Shown one piece after another: positions 1-11,772 of a DNA stretch of 64,000 nt. Within the stretch, counting starts at the first letter, position 1. The number at the start of each line of letters is the position of its first letter. Both the position numbers and the translations under genes were made by a program. Below the pieces are notes generated by a model. The model was not told where the DNA came from. It ran no database searches and worked only from the letters and a program-made list of their open reading frames with translations. This DNA comes from Paraphysomonas bandaiensis (Eukaryota; Protista; Chrysophyceae). The DNA lies in contig CBFFRP010000127.1 in assembly GCA_965644295.1 (NCBI GenBank), positions 186,001 through 250,000 of the forward strand, read 5' to 3'.

Positions 1-16
1 TAACACGGGATAGTGT

Positions 17-1111
17 CTACATATCTTCAGGCAATTTGGGAACCGCCCAGAATCCCCTGTGCGGTTTATACTCACCTCCTCGCACAATGCGGAAAAATCC
101 ATGCTCACCTACATTGTAATAGTAGTAAGAAAATTACATTTCACCAACCCCGTGCAGTCGTACCCCAGTATGTTCCCCACGAGTTTCGACCAATCCAGTA
201 ATCGACTCCGTCCTACACACACATTCAACACGAACATCAGTAGAATACTCAGATCACCTCAGTGCCCCATCCGTTCAGGCTGATGACGTGGTTCGTTATC
301 TTTCTGCAGGTATCATACATGTTTATACCGCCGGTATATTCCTCCAGGCAGTTCTAAAACACTTATCAGCAAAGCTAACCCACAAATTTATATATGTAAT
401 GGCAACAAGAACTCACAGCGTCAATATTAGAGGCTACTGGACCGCGGGCATATATCTCTGCCATAATTTCCTCGTCCCCATGAGCAGTGCCGAACTCAGA
501 CAAGCGGATAACTGGGTAGTCCTTGACAGCATAGCACTCCCCTCCCCCAGGGTCACAATTCATACACATGTTGATATCAGAACACTCCATGTTCTTGGCC
601 TGGTATTGCTGACAGGTTACGTCAGGAATGCCATTCTTATATATCCAAGCATTAGCAGCATTCGCATCTCCACCGTTACAGGACCCTGCATGCCCGCAGT
701 TAATGAGAGCCTGGACAGAGGGAATAACATCTCGAGTAGTTCCTTAATTCTAAAATTATATTGAGTTAAAAAACAAATAACACACTGTACCATTCGATGC
801 GATTTTGATGCGATCAGCGATAGAGGATACAGTGGCTGTACATACGTTACAACAACCGTCAGAAACTAAAATACATAAATACCATGAGCCCAACAAGACC
901 CACAGTAGAGAGGGATATGTTGATTCAAGTCCGTCGTGAGTTGAGGGCGTAGGTCGAGTGATTCAGGAAGGTCCTTAGGGCTGATGTATTCATGAGGTCG
1001 AGGGCTCTTGACGGCCTCACCAATAACAGCAGGGTCCTGCTCTATCAGCTCATTCCTGTAGGCGCTAACGCCACACGATACCAACGCGGTCACGGCAAGA
1101 GCACGGATCAT
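17..1111 (-). CDS. CTSZ: Cathepsin Z/X-like papain-family cysteine protease (multi-exon, complete)
   Basis: Signal peptide; [14 protein letters not shown] active-site motif typical of cathepsin X; spliced downstream exons give [29 protein letters not shown] (catalytic His), [13 protein letters not shown] and [11 protein letters not shown]...[10 protein letters not shown], with the stop at 17-19. Confidence 0.9.
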
Positions 1112-1513
1112 TTTATGTCTGGATGATATGGTTCAGGCTCTCTACCCTTATATACTCGGCATATATGGTCACCTGTACATACACATGCCACATACACATA
1201 CTGCTGTACAATACACTGTGCGTAGATCCTCGTACACAGCTGTACGTACTCCGGTACATAGTGCTGTATTCCTACTGTACACTGCTGTATATAATACATA
1301 CATGATGTAGCAGTGTCAGATATACAGATATCTGTATAAGCTATAGGATTATCCAATAGTTATTCTTCAGAGTATATTGATTGGATGGTGAAGGGTATGT
1401 AGGAGGATGTACAGCAGTACAGTCTGCCTCTATACATGCGTCCAGGTCTGTCATAGTATGCCATGGTAAGGTAGGGACACGGCCTTCACTCGCTGTTACT
1501 CGTATATTATAAC

Positions 1514-4500
1514 ATGGAGACTGAAGACAAAGAACGTACACCTTATCTACGGGTTATAAAAGAGAGCATCGGCTTTGCAACAGAGAAGCAGGCGGGTTTG
1601 TTTGACGCCTGTGAGTTAGAGTGGGGCCACAAGTTCTTAAACACTCTACCGGAGTTAGCTCAGTGTCTTCTCGCCCGTATGATTTTACGTCAGACTGTAT
1701 GGCTGCGAACAGATCGTCTTGAGAATGCCATGCCGCGAGACATTTCTCCCTCAGAGGTTTTAAAGGAGCTCCATGATTCCCTCTCTGAGCTTCAGTCACA
1801 AGGATTCGTGGAATTCATATCAGACTCATCGCCATTTGGTGATATTTGGGAAGCAGTGAATGACACACTGCTGCTAGAAGATTTAAAACGGTTGTATGTA
1901 GACATTGTGAAATCCAGGCCGAAGGGGTAAGTATTGAACATATTTCCTGCTACGCATGTATAACTCGATAGGAGCAGTGGTCGGGACTACATTCTAGATG
2001 CTTTACACAAGACTGTGTCTACTACAAAAGATTTATTTAATCGCCCGCTTAACTTGGCTCGACACGTACGAAGGTTGCTTCAATCACCATCCTCTTCCCA
2101 GCATGTTCGTTTAGTTCGTGTGACACCTGTGGTGGTGCTTGCGTTCAGAAGATTCCAACGTGTTGTTCAGGTTTGATCAATAGTATGTCGTAATCGTCAG
2201 AATTATAGATACCTGTTTTAGATATCTTCAAGTGGAAGCGGTGTACTATCTGGGCGAGACATCATATCAGTTAGCCAGCCCCTTCGGTTCAACGCCCCGA
2301 TGCTAGTTATGTTTAACAAGGTATAACAAGATACTTTAGAGGCATTCGTAAAAGTTATCACAGATTCGATATCCGAAATATAGTATAAAAACTACGTGTC
2401 CTATATTTCCATCGAAGAAATTTTTCCGCGCTTGGGAAGGTGCAAACGAGTTAAGAGCTTGTATAAATGAAGTGAGTAGCTCTACTTCTAGCCGGTATAT
2501 TTGACATAAGTATTGAACAAGGCGACAGGAATGGTAAATCAGTACCCATGGGCTCGAGGAATTGTTCAGCGCACAGAGCAGGAGAGAGATTTACTTCCAA
2601 CTGCTGTACAGAAGAGACGTATGGACGGAATTATCGCCAGATGTATTGCTGCTGCCAGTGAGTTTGACTGCGCTGACTTTGATTCGAGTAGTACGCTAAT
2701 TAACTTAACTGAAAGTAATACCACCTTGGAGATGCAACCGTCTAGTGTAATGCGTGACTTGCTTGATCAATTTTCTAGTACCAACAATCCCCCTTCATCT
2801 CGCTCACTTGTTACCGCGATATGCCTTGGTGCTGCAGTATGTCTACTGGCTCACATCAACACTGACTGTTACACTGACTCATCTATGAGGCCTCCCTTCC
2901 TCATAGATCTAGATGGAGGTACTATCCTTTGTTCGCTGCTCTGGGATAGCATCGATGCTCTTGAGAAGGAGGCTAAGGCTGCGGTGGAATACCCACATGA
3001 CACTTTGCGTCATTTCCCACGATACGCTATACCAATTGCAGTCTTACGTGTTTTGTTATACGGCACTTCAGAATCATCCGAATCAGGCCCCGTTGCCCTG
3101 AGGTACTGTACTCGCCGGAGAGGAAAGTACTATGGCCGCATCTGCATCGACCTGGAGCATGCAGGGATGCCTCATGCAGCACTTGATGAGTGCAAACGTG
3201 GACTTCTTGACAGCGCAGTGAAGGTCCTTGTCTGTGAAATGTATAGCTAAAATTGCCTAATATGATATTGTTGTAGGGGTCATATATTGTGGGTCTTATG
3301 AAGCGGGAAACTCGCCTGAAACAGAAGTGCTCTAAATTGGGTAAACGACGCTTGGTATCACCTTTACCTGGCATAGAAGAGCTTATATCCGCTTTGAGCA
3401 ATCGTGTGGGTAGTCCAGTGTTAACTGATGAGTTATCAAGCACTACGTTTAAACAAGAGTGGCCCTGTTCTGCTTGCACGCTGCTGAATATTTATACTGC
3501 AAAGCGATGTGTTCTTTGTGGGTGTGAGAGGGCGTCATTTTCGTTTTCATCTGTATCCCACTCAGCGTCTTCCCTCACCTTGAAGCAAGAGGTGTGCGTT
3601 ATCGATGATGATTTCAAAGATGAGAATCAAAAGGTGTTGCAAGGTGGAGGAAAGCGTCGGCGTTGTGATGTATCCAGTGGTGACAGAAAGATATCACCAC
3701 CACGTGTTCTAGCCAGCTCCGTAAACTTGTCGGACGAGCAACACATAATTACCGGCAAAAGCTTACCACTATCTACCGCTAATGTAAATGTGGTGGCCTG
3801 GAGTGATGTTGAGATCGACGACAAGGCATTTGGTCTACGTTGTGAAACACATTTATATTGTCCCGATACTGTTGTAATCATTGGGCGCCGGCTTGGAGAC
3901 ATGCGCGCGGGTAAAAACCTACTAGTAGGTAAGGACGATTATACGCGTTAGTAACTGTAAGTGTTGGAGTGACACCCGTTTCGGTAGGTTTGAGTGGTGA
4001 TGCCGTTAGTGTAGAGCGGTTGGTGATGGAGACCATGCGTTCTACGTACGAGAGGGGTATATTATTTCGAGTTAATGAAGACGGTGATTTTATCCCTGCT
4101 GATGAAATGAAGAATTTTTGTGGTGGCTGGGTTGGGTGGCATGATGAAGGAGGGATATTACGCGCTTTATATACCCTGATGATGTGGAGTGAGATATTTG
4201 AGTGTGAGGTGGAGGATGTATTTCAGACTCCTTTTCAAGATTCTCCTCTTGATCTGTATGCGGATGGTGCACTCTTTTATTTGAATAGGTATGTTCCTTT
4301 TTTGTGGTCACTCTTAATCCTGATGTCGTGATAGGCGGGATTTAATAGACGAGAAGCTACAGTGGATCGAATCAGCCTCCAACGTTGATCTAATAGGCAA
4401 GTGGATGAATGCTTACAATTTTAGGGCTTACAATCTTACATTGTGATTGCTGTGTAGAGCTAATCGGAAATACATATCGCAACCAATTTCGGCGGCGATG

Positions 4501-5180
4501 TGTTGGTATATCATGGGGATCTCGCTCTCTCAGAGTACTACAACTGTGCGCTATTAGTTTGGGTGGAGTAAAACTGGCGTCATTATTCCGAGCAATGAGT
4601 GCGGACTACAAACAATTCAGCTCTGGTGCCCCTGACTTATTAATGATACGCGCAATTAGTACTCCTAGTACAGATAACGAAGAGATGGACTGGAATCTAA
4701 TCTTGGGAGAGGGATGGGATGCTACTTGCCCTACATACTACGAGGATTATGATTTGATGGACTTATCCGCAGGCGGTAATATAGCAGAGAAGTCTGAAGT
4801 TGCCGGTGAAGAGGTATGATCAGTTTATGTACTATCGCTGTTGACGGCATATATATATATAGTGTTCCGGGGGAGAAAATGACTCAGTGATAGGAGAACC
4901 TGATGAGGCACAAGCTGATTATGTGGATTCCCGCCCTGATAGATTCCTTTGTATGGATGAGGATCTTGCACTGCCTGCCCACCCGCAAGAGTCTCAAGGC
5001 AGTTCATGGAGATATGACTGTATGTTAGTTGAAGTTAAGGGTCCAACGGACAGACTGTCAGACACACAACAACGGTGGATTCACATTTTAAACTCTCTTG
5101 ACATCAAAGCGGTAGTATGTCGAGTGAGAGAAGGAAAAGTTATGGGGTCGTGTGGAGGACACCATAAAACTGTTGCATAG
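1514..5180 (+). CDS. FAN1: Fanconi-associated nuclease 1 (VRR-NUC), multi-exon
   Basis: AQCLLARMILRQTVWLR; RRRGKYYGRICIDLEH; SVERLV; GWHDEGGILRALYTLMMW; DVFQTPFQDSPLDL; nuclease motifs SGAPDL and LVEVKGPTDRLSDTQQRWI. The ORF pieces are joined by GT-AG introns. Confidence 0.9.
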
Positions 5181-5749
5181 CACAAACCTGCGATTTTGGC
5201 GTACTTATTTGAATCGGAATGCAAGAGGGGTTAGTGTCGAAGAAGCTAGAGCCAGTATATATGCCATATAATGCTTCGCTTACTCAGCAACATGATTACT
5301 GTTAGATTTGTCAAAATAGAAACCCATTATTATTTTTAATTTAATTTGATGAAGACTTTGTATAACATCGTAAAGTACGCAAGGTTTCTCTGTCACACAT
5401 ATCATCTCTACCTGTAGTCTACATCACACCATAGTCCTATGTTGGTAAGTATTCATGCACTAGTAACCAAGCGAGGACACACAACCATTATATTTCAACT
5501 ATATAGCTTCAAAGGGTCAATGTAACTGTATATGATTATGATATGCAATATGCAAACTGCTTACAACGTACAACCTATGTGTGGAGCATTAAACGTTAGT
5601 TAGAGGATTTATCGATAAAGCTCAAGTCCAGTAGAAGTACATATTTTAAATATAGGGATGAATAATGATTCATATTACTTATAAATACACTTCAACAGGA
5701 TATTAAGTGTTCATTTTCATGACAGCACAACATCGACATGAATAATCAT

Positions 5750-5965
5750 TTAGTCCGTGTGTTTCTTCTCTGCTTTCACGCTTCTTCCTCGCACTCTAGT
5801 TCTTCGCTGTCCTCCAATTCTATCTCGCATTCTTCCTAATGGTCCAATTCTCAAATAAGCCATGAGGCCAATGAACACTACTAATATAACTATTTTTCCT
5901 GTGTTTCCGACTCCAAGATAATCCAAGAAGGCAGACACCACTGACATGCTTCTCTTCCTCGCCAT
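5750..5965 (-). CDS. Small single-pass membrane protein (71 aa), unknown function
   Basis: ATG-started ORF with one hydrophobic span (IVILVVFIGLMAYL) and a basic tail, preceded by promoter-like TA/CA-rich sequence. No recognised homology. Confidence 0.45.
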   Translation of the reverse strand: MARKRSMSVVSAFLDYLGVGNTGKIVILVVFIGLMAYLRIGPLGRMRDRIGGQRRTRVRGRSVKAEKKHTD

Positions 5966-6238
5966 ACTTATATCCGGCGGTCCAATTAATTATGTATGTA
6001 GTATGTGAACACTATAATAACAGAGAACACAATGCGCTCATGATATCAGAGATACGCATACAGCAGGGCGGCACATACTCATCCTAAAACATCATACACA
6101 ACTGTAGGAGTTCATATAGACCACCATCGCAAAGCCGCACACCAATCAAAATAAATAAAACGTATCTTATTCGTTCATAAAGGAATGTACTTTTGTACTT
6201 TTGTATATGTACTACTGTATATAGGGAGTATGTAAGTA

Positions 6239-7818
6239 CAGTCAGTTCGCGTTATGGTGGACGACATATGGTGGATATCGCCGTTATAGTGGATGAATTT
6301 AGGCTTGGTACGGGGATTTTTGTATAAAATCCCCGATTTATTTACAAACCTATAGTTTTAAATAAAAATCCCTATTTTGGTGGATTGTTGTGAAAAAATT
6401 GATAGGCAATATACAGAAAAGTACAATTAATTATCATATAGTCATCTCATATACTTACATCACTGCATCTGTTCGTCTGCTGTATGTAGCGATGTCAGAT
6501 GAATGCAAAGGAAGGGTTCATTTCCTAAAGTGGAGAGAAAACTTGTTGAGTACATTAATTTTCGCCAGGAGCACTACAAAGTAGATAAATGCGGGTTGAG
6601 CTGGCAATTTCTGAAGCAGAAGGCTAAGACTATGCAAAGGTTAGCAATACTAAGAAGCAAGTATATGCTCATACTTAACATTTTTGTACTGTATAGATAA
6701 TCTATGCGGATGATGAAGAAGCGCTGAGATCTTTTCGAGCTTCATCTGGTCGGCTACGTAATGTGTTGAAGAGTCGGAAGAATTATGTTCATGTGCATCT
6801 TCACGGAGAAGCTAATGAAATCAGCGATGCTGACGCAGCGGTTGCTATAAGAGTTCAAACAGAAGTTGGGTGAATTATGTGAAATTAATGAAGTACCAAT
6901 ACAGAGAATTTTCAACGCCGATCAAACTGCGCTGTATTATGGGAAAAACCCCAACGGAATGTACTGCGAGGCAGAATTGAGTAAGACTATACGGTTTGAC
7001 AGACGTATTACTGTATGGTGGATCAATTCGGTATTTGATCCTTGGTATAAGCGCCGATATGGATCACAGAAATGTCTTATTCTGCTGGACAATTGCTCTT
7101 CTCATGTTGACATTGAGAGATCCTTATATCCTTCGTACATTACTCTAGTTTTTTCCCCGCCAAAGCTGAGACCCTATGGTCGTAGAAGCTGAAATCGAGG
7201 AAGCCAAGGAGAGCTTCGAAGCTTTTTCTATTTCTCCACTAACAGCTACGGTAGATGATGATGATGATCTAACTGAAACGAGTGTTGATACTACTACCAC
7301 TTCATCTATAGTAACTTTGAATCAATTTCATGATGCAATGCGTGTAGTATACGACTTCACCATGCAAAGTAGTTGTGAAAATGCTCCTGCTATTCACTAC
7401 AATTTCTTCAAGAACGCTTGTGAATTGACTAAATGCTACTCACAGGAGCGCACCCAATCTTCGTCACAACGAACGATACAGCATTTTTTCTCTGTCCGAA
7501 GACCTAAGTCAACACTATTACAACGTAGTTAAGAGCTCAGCGCATTCCTATCACGTAATAACAAGGCTTTTTACATAATTATTTATCTGTAGTGCGATAA
7601 TAGAAAGTTTTACAAACTAGAGTGTGGAATACGATATTTTAAACATTTACTTAGGGGTTTTCAGTAGAAAACCATGGTTTTATAAGACAAAAACTGTGTT
7701 TTGTATAAAAACCTGTTTTTTTGCAGCAAAAACCCGGGTTTTCTAATCGTGGATGGTGCCGTTGTGGTGGACAGTATGGCTTATGGTACACACCATCCAC
7801 CATAACGCGAACTGACTG
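6239..7818 (+). mobile_element. pogo/Tigger-like (Tc1/mariner superfamily) DNA transposon with a defective transposase
   Basis: Perfect 23-bp TIRs cagtcagttcgcgttatggtgga (6239-6261 and 7796-7818) flanked by TA on both sides. Transposase remnants: CENP-B-type HTH (FPKVERKLVEYI...FRASSGRL), HLHGEA, RIFNADQTALYY, CLILLDNCSSH, LVFSPP, with frameshifts and deletions. Confidence 0.92.
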
Positions 7819-7958
7819 TACACTATGTAGGTAGGTAGGTAGGTAGGTACAGCAGGTATGCATACATATGTGGGCAGGTAGGCATGATAAGATGTAGCTA
7901 TGTACGAGTGGTAAGGCTGCAGTATGTCCACAGTGCATGAGCCTTCCCACTCCCAGAA

Positions 7959-10046
7959 ATGAAGCACTCCTTAGCTAAGCAAAGCCTATACGGAGGGTCG
8001 CTGTTGTCTCTAGGTCCTCAGAACTGCAATCGCATCCTTATAGAGGGTGAGAGAGATCCTGTTATCGAGCCCGTTAAGTCAACCCTCTCATCATCAGAGG
8101 GATGGGGAGGGACCCATCTTTTCACTGGGATTATTGAAGATGTCTGCAGGTGTTTTGAAGAGAGATATGGCACGGTAGTTTGTAGTTGTGATGGTTGCTG
8201 TGTGGGGTCACTGCTGTTCTTCTAGGGGGCCTCTGCGCTTATGGGGTACGCTACTTTGCTGCTGGATTGTCTGACTGGATTGGAGAGAACCCCCGAAGCA
8301 TTACATACTGCATTGCAACTACTACAAGAAACTTTTGCTGAGTGCTGTGAGTGTCTGGCTCTTGTGCATAATTTGCCCAAGTTAATTCCGGAATCAACGC
8401 CAGTGGTGACGGCAGTGAATGACGTCGAGGATGTGGATGATGTGTCGTGGTTTTTTGACGTACCAGTACTAACGGAGTTGCTGCCTTCGCCTGATTTAGA
8501 AACCGATGATTCTCGTTCCGAGTCTGTTTGCTTTACTAGGTGGAATATATTGCGTGGTCTTCAGCACACCCTTCCCTGGGAATACGACCAATCGCCACCA
8601 CACTACGCTGAACATGATATTTCACTTCCAATGGCACTAGCAGACTTGGCTTGGAATAGCTTGAATATTTCTTCATTCCCCATTCCATTGCAAAATTCTG
8701 TCCGACCAGCGGAACCCGAAGAGATGGCAGCAGCGATACAGGATATACACGACCGTGTAGCTGTGCACATGATACAGGGGTCCCGGACCTCCTCCTCATC
8801 AGTTTACTCGGATGCATTGGTTCTCTTCTGTGATAAGCCAAGGGCGGGGAGTGCGACGATAGGGGTAAGAGTGTATGAGAGCTGCGTGCGTGCTCAAAGG
8901 GCTAGGGGAGTTGAAGGAATAACAAGAGTTGCACTGGTCGATCAACCTGTATGTGTAGACGATCGAAGTGCTGCAGGATTACGAATGGACGGTAGCGGTG
9001 CATCTCAACAAGCAGATGACATTCAGAATCGAACAACCTACACTGTGCCATTTTCTGACAATGAAAATAGATCGGCTTCGTACATAGAGAAATGTGTATC
9101 TTGTCTTCAAAAGCTGGAGGTACATTTGCTGTTGTGTCCACATCCGCTATCCTTGAAACTAGTCGATGCGTGCTTCGAACACAACATATGTGTACTTCCT
9201 GCGAGTCCAGCAGAGATTCACTCCATGGGACGGATGGTGGGGGCGGATGTGGTGGAAGACGTTCTCGACCTGGATAATGATGCGCTCGGTAGAGGTTACC
9301 GTGTATCGCTGACTCTTCGAGATGATGTGCGGAGGGTAGATGAAGATGTGGAGCAGGGGAGGCTTACACTGAAGGAGAGTGTAATGGTGGTGCTACACCC
9401 GAAGCCCAAAGAGAAATTGTTTGAAATACGTAATGATGGTTATGCGAATAGCTGTAGAGGTGGAAGGAAATGCTCTTGTGTTGCGGTGATCATTTCTTGT
9501 CCCTCTACAGCAATAGGATTGGCTATTAAGGACAGGGTCATGCGCTGCTTGCATCGACTTTGTCTGGCCACGAACAGGGGAGCACTAATGCCTGGAGCAG
9601 GGACTGCAGAGATGTTGTGTTCTGCAGTCTTAGAAGAAAGACAGGGACATTTGAATATTGGAAAAAATTACGCAGAAGTTGCCTTATGTCTGAACAATAT
9701 TCAACAAGCACTTGAGAACTTCGCCTATATAGTGAGTGTCAATGCTGGATTGTCTCCCCAGGATAGCATGAGTAATTGGTATAGTAGTCGAAAGTCTATT
9801 GTAGCTTTGAAATGTGGGACGAAAGGTGACTTGCTAACACAAGTGCGGCGACTGACACCATCTGAGAAGTGTAAATTACTTGCCCCGATAAGATTGCACC
9901 CTGAGTGCACGTATGAAGAATGTGGAGTACTAGATGTCGTTGTAGTTAGGATAAAAGCGATGCAGGCAGCAGTGTATGCAGTGAAGTCAGCATTAGATGC
10001 AGAAACAATGGTCTTCAATAGACGTACTTCCAGCCAATTTTTATGA
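7959..10046 (+). CDS. BBS12: Divergent CCT/TCP-1-like chaperonin, most like BBS12
   Basis: SLGPQ start motif; splicing out intron 8175-8225 gives FEERYGTGASALMG (degenerate GDGTT motif, as in BBS12); C-terminal RCLHRL...LMPGAGTAEMLC and VLDVVVVRIKAMQAA. Confidence 0.65.
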
Positions 10047-10327
10047 TGTAGCTACTTCTTCCTTGTTAACCTTTACATTAAACTATCTGCACTTTTGTTT
10101 TTTGTATTTAACCCGTGATGAGATAGCTACCAAGAAAGAAGTTGCAGTTGCCACAACTCGTACGAATTGCAATGGAAGCCCTCTTCGTGTATTCGACGGG
10201 TAGGGAGATACCAGTTTAGAGTTTTCACCGTCGCAAAATCGGTAGTATCAGAATCAACTATCGATATATAGAATAGCTTACTAGGGGAATTTAGATAAAT
10301 AACTCCTTTAAATATAGGAGGCTATAC

Positions 10328-10761
10328 CAGGGCTGCGTAACAATTAATTGTAATTGCTACCCACCCCATGATGACTGATTTCCAAAAATCGCAAAAAGAA
10401 TTATACTGCGACCCATGACCCATGACCAACTCGACGGTAATAATCTGGATCGATAATTGGCAAATTATTAACTGTATAGTATAAGCACATTATATTAGAA
10501 TTAGAAGTTGGAAAACATTAACTTTCAGTAGAGAAAAAGTTAACATGAGTGATGAGATGAACTATGGCACATCATCGATTAGAGGCCCTTTTGTTCTTGC
10601 GCTTTAATAGATTTCTGTGGAATACAAGTACTGTTGAAGATGTTATACATGCTTGTAATGAGTAACTAAGTTCATTAGACAATAATTGGCACAATTAAAT
10701 TGCAATTATAACTGCGCGAGCTATAGAACTAATAATTTCAATTAATTGTTACGCAGCCCTG
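10328..10761. mobile_element. Non-autonomous hAT element (MITE) with a retroelement inserted at its right end
   Basis: 23-bp TIRs cagggctgcgtaacaattaattg (10328-10350 and 10739-10761). The 8-bp TSD ggctatac lies at 10320-10327 and, displaced by the insertion, at 11782-11789. Confidence 0.88.
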
Positions 10762-10762
10762 G

Positions 10763-11772
10763 TGGTGCCTTACTTCTGCACAAACTAGCCCTCGTTGGCC
10801 ACGGCAGATCCAAGATGAAGGACAGTTCACAACTAGGACAACACATACTCAATACAGCCCTGACACGGGACAAATCCTACAGAAATGGTAGGAATAAGGC
10901 CAAAATAAAGCTTGGACTTGATCTAAACAAAGCCAGATGTGTTGATTGTGGCTTTCGGCTTGACTCTCTAAAACATATGTATCTGGATTGTCCTCACGAC
11001 GCCATCTCTCAGATACGAGAAACCGCCTTTTAGAGACCCAAGGATTGTCTGCGGACACTCCTAATTGATCCAACTCTCCCAACTTGGAGCTCCGCCATTC
11101 TCAAGAAACTCTCCCGCAGAGCCTGGAGTACCTCCCTTCCGCAGGTTGAACGATTCTGGACAGGAACAATTACCGAAGCTGAAATGGAAAGCGTTTTCGG
11201 AATACAGTACCAATGCTCCCTCAATGCGCGTGGCCTACATACCATTGAAACATCAGTTGTTAAACCGCAGCCAAACAAATGCTCCAAGATCGTAGTGGGC
11301 CACAAAGACTCCCCCCCTAGACCGCGCGACGACAAATCCGTCAGCTACTCCTCTGTCCAAGACCCAATTCGCAGCTAAAGCCATTCCAAGCCATGCAGGA
11401 GTCCCAACACCCCCCCTCGTCCATGTATCTCAGTTCAAGAATACTTGACTCACTGATTCCGAATCCTCCTCCACAGAGTCCCGAGGAGCCCTATTCTAAG
11501 GGGCATCCTCCTGACTGAACCTTCTGTACCTCAAGGACTGACGTCCGCAGAGAGCTTCTCCCTCACACACAAGAACGGAAGTGGTTGCACCTTGGTGCTT
11601 ACGGCGACGCACAAGCAGCTTCTGTAGCGATAAATAGTAGGATATGAGAATTTATACTAGTTAGTTACGACTGGTAGAGGTCAATCCAGCTTGACTAGTC
11701 TTCATCTAACTACTTATCTGGTGTCGATTCTCGACGCCTACTGCTAATAATAAGACTTTCACAATTGTATTT
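10763..11772 (+). mobile_element. 5'-truncated non-LTR retrotransposon, copy A
   Basis: 10-bp TSD gcagccctgg (10753-10762 and 11773-11782); ORF remnant with a CX2CX8HX4C knuckle (CVDCGFRLDSLKHMYLDC) and PQVERFWTGTI, ending PYSKGHPPD*; ~200-nt 3' tail shared with five other loci. Confidence 0.85.

Noticed and set aside
288-764. 158-aa plus-strand ORF
   Set aside because: Antisense to the main cathepsin Z exon.
11571-11640. The conserved repeat as a tRNA, snRNA, hammerhead or HDV ribozyme
   Set aside because: No A/B boxes or cloverleaf, no CUGANGA/GAAA core, and no recognisable snRNA sequence.
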